From NCBI GenBank assembly GCA_900319345.1, contig ONNZ01000011.1, positions 6,411 through 70,410 on the forward strand: a stretch of DNA of 64,000 bases. Direction: 5' to 3'. Positions 17,663 through 26,725 of the stretch are shown in pieces. The position numbers were made by a program, and so were the translations under genes. Position 1 is the first letter of the stretch, and every line of letters begins with the position of its first letter. This DNA comes from an uncultured Eubacteriales bacterium. GTDB taxonomy: Bacteria > Bacillota > Clostridia > Christensenellales > CAG-138. The notes under the pieces are model-generated. The model had not been told where the DNA came from and searched no databases. It saw nothing but the letters and a program-made list of their open reading frames with translations.

Positions 17663-18208
17663 TCACAGCGCCGCTTCGACGGCCTTTTTGACCTCCGCCA
17701 TATCGACGGTAGGCTCAAAACGCGCAACCACGTTGCCCTCGCGGTCGATGAGGAACTTCGTGAAGTTCCATTTGATGTACGCCTTGTCGCCGAACTGTTT
17801 GTTGTTCATCTTCGCAAACTTTTCGAGCATGGCGTTTTTGACGCCCTTGCCGAAGCCCTCAAACGGCTTTTCCATGGCAAGGAACGCAAACAGCGGATCG
17901 GCGGTCTCCCCGTTGACGTCGATCTTCTTGAACTGTGGGAAATCCGCACCGAATTTCAGCGTGCAGAACGAATGGATCTCGTCCTCGCTGCCGGGAGCCT
18001 GATTGGCAAACTGGTTGCAGGGGAAATCGAGGATTTCAAAGTTCTTCTCCCGGAGTTCCTTGTACATGGCTTCGAGGGGATCGTAGTGCGGGGTAAAGCC
18101 GCAGCCCGTTGCCGTGTTGACGATCAGCAGCACCTTGCCCTTGTATTCTGACAGGCTGACGTCGTTTCCTTTTCTGTCTTTCACCGTGAAATCATAGACC
18201 GTTTTCAT
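17663..18208 (-). CDS. glutathione peroxidase
   Basis: The 181-aa ORF has VLLIVNTATGCGFTPHY and FPCNQFANQAPG, which are Gpx signatures with the Cys form. Confidence 0.9.
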   Translation of the reverse strand: MKTVYDFTVKDRKGNDVSLSEYKGKVLLIVNTATGCGFTPHYDPLEAMYKELREKNFEILDFPCNQFANQAPGSEDEIHSFCTLKFGADFPQFKKIDVNGETADPLFAFLAMEKPFEGFGKGVKNAMLEKFAKMNNKQFGDKAYIKWNFTKFLIDREGNVVARFEPTVDMAEVKKAVEAAL

Positions 18209-18665
18209 TGTTTTGCTCCTTTTCCTTTCTGCATTGATTGTTCAAGAGTTCATACAGCAGCGCGTACAGCGCCTGCGCCTTTTCCGGCGACAGCGCAAGA
18301 CAGCTCGCCACCTTTTTCGGCACGTCCATGGCCTGCTCCTGCAGGGCTTTGCCCGCCTCCGTCAGCGTGATCACGACCACCCGGTCATCCCGTTCGCTTC
18401 TGGTTCGTTCGATATACCCTGCTTGCTGCATCTTCTTGAGCAGGGGGGAGATCGTCCCGTTATCCAGCATCAGCGTTTCGCAAAGCTCTCCCACCGAGAT
18501 CCCGTCCCTTTCCCACAGCACCAGAAACGCGATGTACTGCGTATACGTGAGCCCCAGCGGCTTCAAATACGGCGTGTACAGGTTCGTTACGTTCCGTGCG
18601 GCGGCGTACAGCGGGAAGCAAAGCTGGTTCTTGAGCTTCATTGTTTCATGATCGTCATGGGCCAT
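18192..18665 (-). CDS. MarR-family regulator, OhrR-like (organic peroxide sensing)
   Basis: The start is MAHDDHETMKLKNQLCFPLYAAAR, with the conserved sensing Cys in an LCFxLY context. A winged HTH follows (GISVGELCETLMLDNGTISPLLKKM). It overlaps the gpx start. Confidence 0.75.
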   Translation of the reverse strand: MAHDDHETMKLKNQLCFPLYAAARNVTNLYTPYLKPLGLTYTQYIAFLVLWERDGISVGELCETLMLDNGTISPLLKKMQQAGYIERTRSERDDRVVVITLTEAGKALQEQAMDVPKKVASCLALSPEKAQALYALLYELLNNQCRKEKEQNNENGL

Positions 18666-18690
18666 AAAGCAATCCTCTAATTGCATTTGA

Positions 18691-18705
18691 TACAATTATA
18701 TTGTA
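18691..18705. promoter_or_regulatory. OhrR-type operator TACAATTATATTGTA
   Basis: This AT-rich inverted repeat TACAAT-N3-ATTGTA lies 26 nt upstream of the MarR/OhrR-like start. From memory, it closely resembles the Bacillus OhrR operator TACAATT-AATTGTA. Confidence 0.55.
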
Positions 18706-18758
18706 ACAAATATAAATAGGACTGTCAAGGATATGCTTTTCATCAAAAACAGCAAATA

Positions 18759-18787
18759 AGAAATGGCGCTTCAAAAGCACCATTTCT
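18759..18787 (-). terminator. terminator of serS
   Basis: The stem agaaatgg(c/t)gc / gc(a/g)ccatttct is followed on the minus strand by a T-rich run. Confidence 0.55.
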
Positions 18788-18816
18788 ACCTGTCGATATG
18801 CTGTAAAGACCGCCGC

Positions 18817-20106
18817 TTACTCCAAATGGTCCTTGCCGCCCATGTAGGGCCGGAGAGGTTCGGGGACGGTCACGGAGCCGTCCGCCTGCAAGTGGTTCTC
18901 CAGGAACGCGATCAGCATCCGGGGCGGGGCCACCACGGTGTTGTTCAGGGTGTGGGCGTAGTAGTTGCCCTTCTGCTTGTCCTTGCTCTTGATCCGGATG
19001 CCGAGGCGCCGGGCCTGGGCGTCGCCCAGATTGGAGCAGCTGCCCACCTCGAAGTACTTCTGCTGCCGGGGGGACCAGGCCTCCACGTCCAGGCTCTTGA
19101 CCTTCAGGTCAGCGAGGTCGCCGGAGCAGCACTCCAGGGTCCGCACGGGGATCTCCAGGGAGCGGAAGAAGTCCACCGTGTTCTTCCACAGCTCGTCGAA
19201 CATCCTGGGGCTGTCCTCGGGCTTGCAGACGATGATCATCTCCTGCTTCTCGAACTGGTGGATCCGGTACACGCCCCTCTCCTCGATGCCGTGGGCGCCC
19301 ACCTCCTTGCGGAAGCAGGGGCTGTAGCTGGTGAGCCGCTGGGGGAGGCTGTCCTCCTCCAGGAAGGAGTCGATGAACTTGCCGATCATGGAGTGCTCGC
19401 TGGTGCCGATGAGGTACAGGTCCTCGCCCTCGATCTTATACATCATGTTCTCCATCTCGGAGAAGCTCATGACCCCGTTCACCACGCTGGAATGGATCAT
19501 GAAGGGGGGGATATAGTAGGTATAGCCCCGGTCGATCATGAAGTCTCGGGCGTAGGAGAGGACGGCGGAATGGAGCCGGGCGATGTCGCCGCACAGGTAG
19601 TAGAACCCGTTGCCGCTGATCTTGTCCCGGGCCGCGTCCAGCTCGATGCCGTTGAACTTCTTCATGATGTCCGTGTGGTAGGGGATGGGATAGTCGGGCA
19701 CCAGGGGCTCCCCGAAGCGCTCGATCTCCACGTTCTCGGAGTCGTCCTTGCCGATGGGCACGGAGGGGTCGATGATCTGGGGGATCACCAGCATGCGCTT
19801 GCGGATCTCCCCCTGGAGCTCCACCTTCCGCTGGTCCAGGGCGGCCATCTCGTCGGCCATGGCGGTGACCTCCTTCTTGGTGGCCTCTGCCTCGTCCCGC
19901 TTGCCCTGGCCCATGAGCATGCCGATCCGCTTGCTGATCACGTTCCGCTGGTTGCGGAGGTAGTCACAGCGGGTCACGGCCTCCCGATACTCCTTATCGA
20001 GGGCGATCACCTGGTCCACCAGGGGGAGTTTCTCGTCCTGGAACTTCTTCTTGATGTTCTCCCGGACCAAGTCGGGGTCCGTGCGCAACAGCTTGATGTC
20101 GATCAT
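18817..20106 (-). CDS. serS: serine--tRNA ligase
   Basis: The 429-aa ORF has an N-terminal coiled-coil arm (MIDIKLLRTDPDLVRENIKKK). Class II motifs are present (FRKEVGAHG, GTSEHSM). Confidence 0.92.
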   Translation of the reverse strand: MIDIKLLRTDPDLVRENIKKKFQDEKLPLVDQVIALDKEYREAVTRCDYLRNQRNVISKRIGMLMGQGKRDEAEATKKEVTAMADEMAALDQRKVELQGEIRKRMLVIPQIIDPSVPIGKDDSENVEIERFGEPLVPDYPIPYHTDIMKKFNGIELDAARDKISGNGFYYLCGDIARLHSAVLSYARDFMIDRGYTYYIPPFMIHSSVVNGVMSFSEMENMMYKIEGEDLYLIGTSEHSMIGKFIDSFLEEDSLPQRLTSYSPCFRKEVGAHGIEERGVYRIHQFEKQEMIIVCKPEDSPRMFDELWKNTVDFFRSLEIPVRTLECCSGDLADLKVKSLDVEAWSPRQQKYFEVGSCSNLGDAQARRLGIRIKSKDKQKGNYYAHTLNNTVVAPPRMLIAFLENHLQADGSVTVPEPLRPYMGGKDHLE

Positions 20107-20110
20107 ATGT

Positions 20111-21802
20111 TTACATCCTTTCCGGGGCCTGGATGCCCAGCAGATTCAATCCGATTGCTATGGTTTGCCGCGCCGCGTCGGTGAGAGCGAGGCGCGCCGT
20201 CCGCTCCGCTTCGTCGTCCGCCATGATGCGGATCTCATAGTAGAACTTGTTCATGGCGGTGCACACGGCCATGACCGCCCGCGCCACCAGATAGGGCTCG
20301 TACTTCTCGCCCGCAGCCTTCACCGCGGCGGGGAAGCCGTCGATGGCCTTGAGGAGCGCCAGGGAATAGGGGTCGGAGAGGACGGAAGCGTCCAGCCTGG
20401 CTCTATCGTAGCCCCCCGCCTTCCGCAGCACGGAGCAGCAGCGGGCGTGGGTGTACTGGGCGTAGGGGCCCGTCTCCCCATCGAAGTTCAGCACCTTGTC
20501 GTAGCTAAAGACCACGTCCTTGATCCGGGAGTTGTAGAGGGCTCCCCAGATCACCGCGCCCACGCCCACGGCCTCCGCCGCAGCGCGCTTGTCCTCCAAG
20601 TCGGGGCTCTTCTCGCAGATGATCTCGTAGGTCTTCTCCACCGCCGCGTCCAGCACGTCGTCGAGATACAGGACCTTGCCCTCCCGGGTGTGGAAGGCGC
20701 CGCCCTCCATGCTGACCATGCCGAAGTTCACGTGGACGCAGTCCTTGACCCAGTCCCGCCCCATGAGCTCCAGCACCTTGAAGATCTGCTTGAAGTGCAG
20801 GTCCTGCTGGTAGGCCACCACGTAGAGGAGCTTGGCAAAATCGTAGGTCTCCTTCCGGTAGCAGGCGGCGGCCAGGTCCCTTGTGGCGTAGATGGTGCTG
20901 CCGTCGCTCTTTAAGATGATGCAGGGGGGCATGTTCCACTCGCTCAGGTCCACGATGGTGGCCCCCTTGTCCAGCTTGCTGATGCCCTTCTCCCGAAGCT
21001 CTTCGATGACGGGCTCCATCTTGTCCTCGTAGAAGGATTCCCCCGCCCAGCTGTCGAACCGGACGCCCATGCGCTCGTAGGTCTTCTTGACCTCCCGGAT
21101 GGTGGCGTCCTTCATCTGCTTCCAGAGGGATACGGCCTCCTCGTCCCCAATTTCGATCCGGTGGAACCAGGAGCGGGCCTCCTCGTCCATCTCGGGATGG
21201 TCCTCGGCCTCCTTATGGTAGCGGACGTACAGGTCCACCAGCTCCCGGATGCCGTACTGGTCCACGGGCTTGACGCCCCACTTCTTATAGGCCACGATCA
21301 TCTTGCCGAACTGGGTGCCCCAGTCCCCCAGGTGGTTCACGCCCACGGGCTCGTACCCCAAATGCTTATAGATGCGGTAGAGGGCGTTGCCGATGGCGGT
21401 GCTGGGCAGATGGTGGAAACCGAAGGGCTTGGCGATGTTGATGGAGGAATAGTCCAGCACCACGTGCCGGCCCTGCCCCTCGTCGGAACCGCCATAGGCT
21501 TTCCCCGCGTCCAGGACCTTTGTGAGCACGTTCTGGGCCTGCTGCCCCTTCTCGATGAAGAAATTGAGATAGGGCCCCACGGCCTCCGCCTTCTCGATGC
21601 CCGCGGGCAGGACCAGCTTCTCCTTCAGCTCCCCGGCGATGGCGGTGGGGGCCTTCCGAAGGACCTTGGAGAGCTTGAAGCAGGGGAAGGCGATGTCGCC
21701 CATGCTGGGGTTCTTGGGGGTCTCCAGCAAGCCCAAAAGCTCCTCCAGGGGCAGGTCCACGCACCCCTGCAGGGCGGCGGCCACGGCGTTCGTATAGTTC
21801 AT
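20111..21802 (-). CDS. argS: arginine--tRNA ligase
   Basis: Based on ORF 20111..21865. The likely start is MNYTNAVAAALQ. Matches include SINIAKPFGFHHL (HIGH-like), GDWGTQFG and the C-terminal anticodon-binding domain ending ...GIQAPERM. Confidence 0.92.
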   Translation of the reverse strand: MNYTNAVAAALQGCVDLPLEELLGLLETPKNPSMGDIAFPCFKLSKVLRKAPTAIAGELKEKLVLPAGIEKAEAVGPYLNFFIEKGQQAQNVLTKVLDAGKAYGGSDEGQGRHVVLDYSSINIAKPFGFHHLPSTAIGNALYRIYKHLGYEPVGVNHLGDWGTQFGKMIVAYKKWGVKPVDQYGIRELVDLYVRYHKEAEDHPEMDEEARSWFHRIEIGDEEAVSLWKQMKDATIREVKKTYERMGVRFDSWAGESFYEDKMEPVIEELREKGISKLDKGATIVDLSEWNMPPCIILKSDGSTIYATRDLAAACYRKETYDFAKLLYVVAYQQDLHFKQIFKVLELMGRDWVKDCVHVNFGMVSMEGGAFHTREGKVLYLDDVLDAAVEKTYEIICEKSPDLEDKRAAAEAVGVGAVIWGALYNSRIKDVVFSYDKVLNFDGETGPYAQYTHARCCSVLRKAGGYDRARLDASVLSDPYSLALLKAIDGFPAAVKAAGEKYEPYLVARAVMAVCTAMNKFYYEIRIMADDEAERTARLALTDAARQTIAIGLNLLGIQAPERM

Positions 21803-21918
21803 AGGGTTCTCCTTCCTATGTGGCTCGGATTCATAACTTAAATAGTATAGCAGATTCTTTTCCAAAAGAAAACAGAGGATTTCAAAAAATCCTCCGTGAT
21901 TCTTTCCTAAAACAGCTC

Positions 21919-22173
21919 TTATCCCTCGTGTATCTCCACGGACAGGTACTTGTTCCGCCGAGCCGCGTCCTTGAACACCCGGACGAAATGCTCCCCGCAG
22001 GGGGACGAGGCCCCGGTGAGGATGAGGCGAGTGGGCGCGCCCACGTCCGTCAGGCAGTCGTGAAGGGCGTCCAGATTCCGGCCGAAATAGGGCGGGAGCT
22101 GGAGCTCCTCCGAAAGATAGTCGTAGACCGCGTCAGGGGTGCCGAGCCGGGCAAAGTCGCACAAAACAAGCAT
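21919..22173 (-). CDS. barstar-family ribonuclease inhibitor
   Basis: The 84-aa ORF has YDYLSEELQLPPYFGRNLDALHDCL, the barstar signature. It lies 3 nt downstream of the barnase-like gene. Confidence 0.8.
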   Translation of the reverse strand: MLVLCDFARLGTPDAVYDYLSEELQLPPYFGRNLDALHDCLTDVGAPTRLILTGASSPCGEHFVRVFKDAARRNKYLSVEIHEG

Positions 22174-22176
22174 GGT

Positions 22177-22839
22177 TCATTCCTCCCCGTAGAGCAAGGT
22201 GAAGCTTTCGTAGTGGTCGTCGGTGTAGTAGATGAGGCCGTCGTTGGAATAGATGATGCGCTTAGCCCCCCGGGAGCGCTTCCCCACGGTGTCGATGTCG
22301 CACTCGTAGTAGCTGCGGCCCTTCTTTTGGGGCAGGAGCCTCTCGTAGTTGCCGAAATAGTCCCCGCCGATGGCCGCGCCGGTGCGGTAGTACTCCACCT
22401 CGCCTCCGTCCCAACCCAGCTTCTGGGCCTCCTTTTTGGTGATGAAGTGGGGCGGCAGCTCCCCGTAGAGGTGCAGGTACAGGGCCACCCGGTCCTTGTC
22501 GTCGTAGTCCGCCCCATACTCCACCGGGCTTTCCGTGGGGGCGGGGGTGGGCTTCGCCGTAGGCTTGGGCGTATCCGTGGGCGTGGGCTTTTCGGTGGGC
22601 TTGGGCGCGTCCGTGGGCTTGGGGGCGTCCGTGGCCCTGGGCTCCGCCGTGGGCGCGGGAGTCTCCCGCCGAGGGGCTTCCGTCAGCAACACCAAACTGC
22701 TGTCCACGGGCGCTTCCGTCGGCGCGGCGGTGGCCGGCATCTCCGTGATCTGAACGAACTCCGTCTGGGCGGGCCGGGGCGCGCAGCCCGCGGCCAGGAC
22801 CAGCAGCAATATGAGCCATAGGGACAAAACCTTCTTCAT
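22177..22839 (-). CDS. secreted lipoprotein ribonuclease, barnase family
   Basis: The start MKKVLSLWLILLLVLAAGC carries a lipobox, followed by a Pro/Thr-rich linker. The C-terminal domain reads YLHLYGELPPHFITKKEAQKLGW...YYECDI...RGAKRIIYSNDGLIYYTDDHYESF, which matches the barnase catalytic region. Confidence 0.8.
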   Translation of the reverse strand: MKKVLSLWLILLLVLAAGCAPRPAQTEFVQITEMPATAAPTEAPVDSSLVLLTEAPRRETPAPTAEPRATDAPKPTDAPKPTEKPTPTDTPKPTAKPTPAPTESPVEYGADYDDKDRVALYLHLYGELPPHFITKKEAQKLGWDGGEVEYYRTGAAIGGDYFGNYERLLPQKKGRSYYECDIDTVGKRSRGAKRIIYSNDGLIYYTDDHYESFTLLYGEE

Positions 22840-22929
22840 ATCCCCAGTATACACCCCGCCACCCCATTGTGCAACGGGCAGAATGGATGTATACTATGGA
22901 CAAGTATGAAACGTGGGGAGGGGACGACC

Positions 22930-23904
22930 ATGCGCAAGACCATCGCGCTGTTGCTGGCGCTGCTGCTTTTCGCTTGCGTGGGTTGCGAAGCCCAGCCAAA
23001 GCCCCTTCAGCGCACGGACTACCTGCTGGACACGGTGGTGACCCTGACCCTGTATGACGCCAAGGAGGCGGACCTGGACGCGGCCTTCAAGGAGATACGG
23101 CGGTTGAACGATTTGCTGGACGCCTACGCCCCCTTCAGCGATCTTGGCTGGGTGCAGGCGGCCGCCGGGGTGAAGCCCGTGGCCGTATCCCCCGAGACCA
23201 TGGAGCTGCTGCTCTTCGCCAAGGAGATGTATGAGCGCACGGGCGGGTATCTGGACGCCACGGTGGGCCCCCTCATCGACCTGTGGGATATCCGGAACGG
23301 GGGCCACTACCCCACGGAAAGCGAGCTGACCGCCGCCTTGGGGCTCCTGGGCATGGAGGACCTCGTCCTGGACGAAGCCCAGGGCACCGCCTATCTCCCT
23401 CGCACCGGCATGCGCCTCGATTTGGGGGCCTTCGCCAAGGGGTATATCGCGGACAAGGTCAAGGCCCTGCTGCTGGACAGAGGCGTCAAGAGTGCCGTCC
23501 TGGACCTGGGCCGGAACATCCTTTTGATCGGGGAGAAGCCGGACGGCGCCCCCTTCTCCATCGGCGTCCAAAGCCCCATGAATTCCGGGGACCTGCTGCG
23601 GGTGCTTTCCCTGCGGGACAAGAGCCTGGTCACCTCCGGCACCTACGAGCGCTATTTCGAGCACGAGGGCAAACGCTATCACCACGTGCTGGATCCCTTC
23701 ACCGGCTTCCCCGCGGATCGGGACCTGCTGGCCGTCACCGTCCTTTCCGACAGCTCCCTCTGGGGCGACGCCCTGTCCACCGCCTGCCTGCTGCTGGGGG
23801 CGGAGGAGGGCTTGAAGCTCGTCGACGCCGTCCCCCAGGCGGAGGCCCTCTTCGTCCGCGCCGACGGCACCGTGGTCACGTCCGCCGGCTTCCCAAATTC
23901 ATGA
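22930..23904 (+). CDS. apbE: FAD:protein FMN transferase (ApbE) lipoprotein
   Basis: The start MRKTIALLLALLLFACVGC carries a lipobox. Further matches are YLLDTVVTLTLY, GAFAKGYIAD, TSGTYERYF and HHVLDP. Confidence 0.85.
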   Translation: MRKTIALLLALLLFACVGCEAQPKPLQRTDYLLDTVVTLTLYDAKEADLDAAFKEIRRLNDLLDAYAPFSDLGWVQAAAGVKPVAVSPETMELLLFAKEMYERTGGYLDATVGPLIDLWDIRNGGHYPTESELTAALGLLGMEDLVLDEAQGTAYLPRTGMRLDLGAFAKGYIADKVKALLLDRGVKSAVLDLGRNILLIGEKPDGAPFSIGVQSPMNSGDLLRVLSLRDKSLVTSGTYERYFEHEGKRYHHVLDPFTGFPADRDLLAVTVLSDSSLWGDALSTACLLLGAEEGLKLVDAVPQAEALFVRADGTVVTSAGFPNS

Positions 23905-23919
23905 TCCAAAACCACAACT

Positions 23920-23944
23920 GCCCTTTCGCTTCATGCGAAAGGGC
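23920..23944. terminator. hairpin gccctttcgc-ttcat-gcgaaagggc between convergent apbE and alr
   Basis: A perfect 10-bp GC-rich stem. The flanking A/T tracts are modest. Confidence 0.5.
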
Positions 23945-24015
23945 AATTTAGCTTGCGCGCCGCAAATTTAGCTGCCGCAAATGCGGCAATTTAGCTCACC
24001 GCAGGTGAATTTAGC
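23945..24015. repeat. four direct copies of AATTTAGC spaced 20/23/20 bp
   Basis: Copies lie at 23945, 23965, 23988 and 24008, each in a GC(A)AATTTAGC(T) context. The last copy overlaps the alr stop codon. Confidence 0.7.
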
Positions 24016-25186
24016 CGATCAGGGGGCGGTGTATGCCGACCACCTGATCATCCTCCAGATACACCCGGGGCACCCGGGGGGTGACGAGGCAGGTGACCTC
24101 GTAGCCGATGGTCCCGATCAGGTCCGCCACGTCGTCCGCCGTGATCTCCTCGGCCCCGTCCCGGCCGAAGATGGTGACGGTGTCGCCCACCTGGGCCTCC
24201 GGGACGCCGGTCACGTCGATCATGAACTGGTCCATGCACACCCGACCGATGATGGGGCAGCGCTTCCCGCGGATCAGCACTTGGCCTCGGTTGCTGAGGA
24301 GTCGGTTCACCCCGTCCGCGTACCCGGCGCACACGGTGGCCACCCGGGTCCCGGGCTGGGCCACGTAGGTGCAGCCGTAGCTCACGGGGGTGGGCGCTGC
24401 GATGGTCTTCAAAAAGCTGATGTGGGACCGCAGGGCCATGACGCCCCGTATCCCGCCGATGAGGCTCAGGTCCACCTCGCTGGAGGGCTTGAGCCCGTAA
24501 AGGATGATGCCCTCCCGGACCATGTCGAACTTGTCCGGCATCTCGATGAGCCCCGCGCTGTTGTCGAGGTGCTTCAGCGGGATCTCAATGCCCCGGCGCT
24601 CCATGGCCTCCGTGAAGGCCTTGTACCGCTTCGTCTGTTCAACGGCGTAGGTCTTGTCGGCGGAGTCCGCCTTGGCGTAGTGGCTGAAGACCCCCAGGAG
24701 CTTCCCGCCGGGGAGCTTCGAAAGGGCCTCGATCTCGGCCAGGGACGCGTCCGTGCAGGCAAAGCCGATCCGGCCCATGCCCGTATCGAGGGCCACGTGG
24801 TAGGGGATATCCTTCCCGTGGGCTTCCCCGTAGGCGCATAGGGCCTGGCCGTATTCGAAGGAGGGCACCGCCGCCTCGATATCGTACCGGGCGATGGCCT
24901 CGAAGTCGCTCTCCGGCGTGGGGGCCAGCAGGAAGATGGGCGTCTCGATGCCCGCCTTTCTAAGCTCCACGGCCTCGTCCGTCATGGCCACGGCGAACCG
25001 GTCCGCCTTGCCCTCCAACAGCTTCGCCGCTTCCACGGCCCCGTGGCCGTAGGCGTTGGCCTTGATCACCGCAGCGAGGAGCACCTCATCCGGCAGGTGG
25101 CGTCGGGCCGCCAGAAAGTTGTGGAGCATGGCGCTAAGATCGACCTCGCACCAGGTCCGCAGCGTATCGAAAACCGTCATTTCCAA
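24011..25186 (-). CDS. alr: alanine racemase
   Basis: The 391-aa ORF has AVIKANAYGHG, the PLP-lysine motif. The C-terminal beta domain contains VSYG. Confidence 0.92.
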   Translation of the reverse strand: MEMTVFDTLRTWCEVDLSAMLHNFLAARRHLPDEVLLAAVIKANAYGHGAVEAAKLLEGKADRFAVAMTDEAVELRKAGIETPIFLLAPTPESDFEAIARYDIEAAVPSFEYGQALCAYGEAHGKDIPYHVALDTGMGRIGFACTDASLAEIEALSKLPGGKLLGVFSHYAKADSADKTYAVEQTKRYKAFTEAMERRGIEIPLKHLDNSAGLIEMPDKFDMVREGIILYGLKPSSEVDLSLIGGIRGVMALRSHISFLKTIAAPTPVSYGCTYVAQPGTRVATVCAGYADGVNRLLSNRGQVLIRGKRCPIIGRVCMDQFMIDVTGVPEAQVGDTVTIFGRDGAEEITADDVADLIGTIGYEVTCLVTPRVPRVYLEDDQVVGIHRPLIG

Positions 25187-25297
25187 AACCTCGACTCTGT
25201 ATTCTCCGATACTGTATCACCCTGGCTTCGGATTGACAAGGCCCTATGAATGTGATACCGTACAAAAATAAACGAAAACAAGCGAGCGACTGTCGAA

Positions 25298-26713
25298 ATG
25301 GTCTTTTCTTCCCTGACTTTTTTGTGTCTGTTCCTGCCCCTGGTGGTGGGTCTCCATAGCCTGGTGAAAAACGGCACGGCGCGTAACGCCATCCTGCTGG
25401 CGGCGTCGCTCCTGTTCTACGCCTGGGGGGAGCCGGTGTGGATCGTGGCCATGCTGTTCGCCACCGCGGTGAACTACGTCTGCGCCCGGATCATCGTGGG
25501 CGCCAAGACTGAGGGGGGCAGGAAGCTGGCGTTGGCGGTGGGCATCCTCATCAGCCTGGCGGCCCTGCTGTACTTTAAGTACGCGGCCTTTCTGGTGAAC
25601 AACTTCTGCGGCCTTATGGGCCTTTCCTACCGGATGACCCAGCCCAAGCTCCCCATCGGCATCTCCTTTTACACCTTCCAGATCATCACCTACACCGTGG
25701 ACGTGTACCGGGGCAAGGCGCCGCTGCAGAAGAACCCCCTGTGGCTGTTGCTGTACGTGTCCTTGTTCCCCCAGCTCATCGCCGGGCCCATCGTCCGCTA
25801 TATCGACGTGGCCTCGGCCATCGAGGATCGGAAGGTCACGGTCAAGGGCATGGGGGAGGGCTTCTTCCGGTTCTCGCTGGGCCTGGGCAAGAAGGTGCTG
25901 CTGGCCAACCTGTGCGGCGAGGTGCTGGAAAGCCTGCCTATCCCGGCCCAGATGTCCTGCCTCTCCGGCTGGGTGGCGACCATCCTCTTTACCCTCCAGA
26001 TCTACTTCGACTTCGCCGGCTATTCCGACATGGCCATCGGTCTCGGGCGGATGCTGGGGTTCCGGTTTCTGGAGAACTTCGACGCGCCCCTGGTCTCCAA
26101 GAGCGTCTCCGAGTTCTGGCGGCGCTGGCACATGTCTTTGGGCACCTTCTTCCGGGAGTACGTGTACATCCCCCTGGGCGGCAACCGGGTGAGCAAAGGC
26201 CGCTGGGTCCTCAACATGGCGGTGGTCTGGGGCCTTACGGGCATCTGGCACGGGGCCAACTGGAACTACTTGATCTGGGGCCTCTATTACGGGATGCTGC
26301 TGGTGCTGGAAAAGATGCTGCTGGAAAAGCCCCTGGCGCGGGCCCCCGGCTTTTTACGGCACGTCCTGGTGCTGCTGGTCACCCTGGTGGGCTTCGTGTT
26401 CTTCCGAAACGAATCCTTTGCCGACATCGGCCTCCAGCTCCGAGCCATGTTCGCCCCCTGGCGGGTGCCCCTGTCCGACCCCTACGCCGTGTACGCGGTG
26501 AAGAACAACCCGCTCCTGCTGATCGCCTGCGTCCTCTGCTCCCTGCCCCTGCGCAAGACGGTGGAAGCCTGGTTCAAGCGGCGCCGGGAGGCGGGGCGGC
26601 GGAACGCCTTTAGGCCTTACGTCAAGGCCCTGGTGGCCCTGGCGATCACGGCCCTGTCGGTCATGTTCCTGGTGGGGCAGAGCTTCAACCCGTTCCTGTA
26701 TTTCCGGTTCTGA
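25298..26713 (+). CDS. MBOAT-family membrane O-acyltransferase (AlgI/DltB-like)
   Basis: The 471-aa polytopic ORF has FSSLTFLCLFLP, FYAWGEP, FWRRWHMSL and the WHG conserved-His region. Confidence 0.85.
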   Translation: MVFSSLTFLCLFLPLVVGLHSLVKNGTARNAILLAASLLFYAWGEPVWIVAMLFATAVNYVCARIIVGAKTEGGRKLALAVGILISLAALLYFKYAAFLVNNFCGLMGLSYRMTQPKLPIGISFYTFQIITYTVDVYRGKAPLQKNPLWLLLYVSLFPQLIAGPIVRYIDVASAIEDRKVTVKGMGEGFFRFSLGLGKKVLLANLCGEVLESLPIPAQMSCLSGWVATILFTLQIYFDFAGYSDMAIGLGRMLGFRFLENFDAPLVSKSVSEFWRRWHMSLGTFFREYVYIPLGGNRVSKGRWVLNMAVVWGLTGIWHGANWNYLIWGLYYGMLLVLEKMLLEKPLARAPGFLRHVLVLLVTLVGFVFFRNESFADIGLQLRAMFAPWRVPLSDPYAVYAVKNNPLLLIACVLCSLPLRKTVEAWFKRRREAGRRNAFRPYVKALVALAITALSVMFLVGQSFNPFLYFRF

Positions 26714-26725
26714 GGGAGGCGGCGG

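Noticed and set aside
18763-21841. Plus-strand ORFs of 473, 287 and 226 aa
   Set aside because: They are antisense to serS and argS.
21803-21918. T-box leader upstream of argS/serS
   Set aside because: Only ~115 nt are available, and no specifier-loop or T-box (AGGGUGGNACCGCG-like) sequence was seen. serS follows argS with a 4-nt gap.
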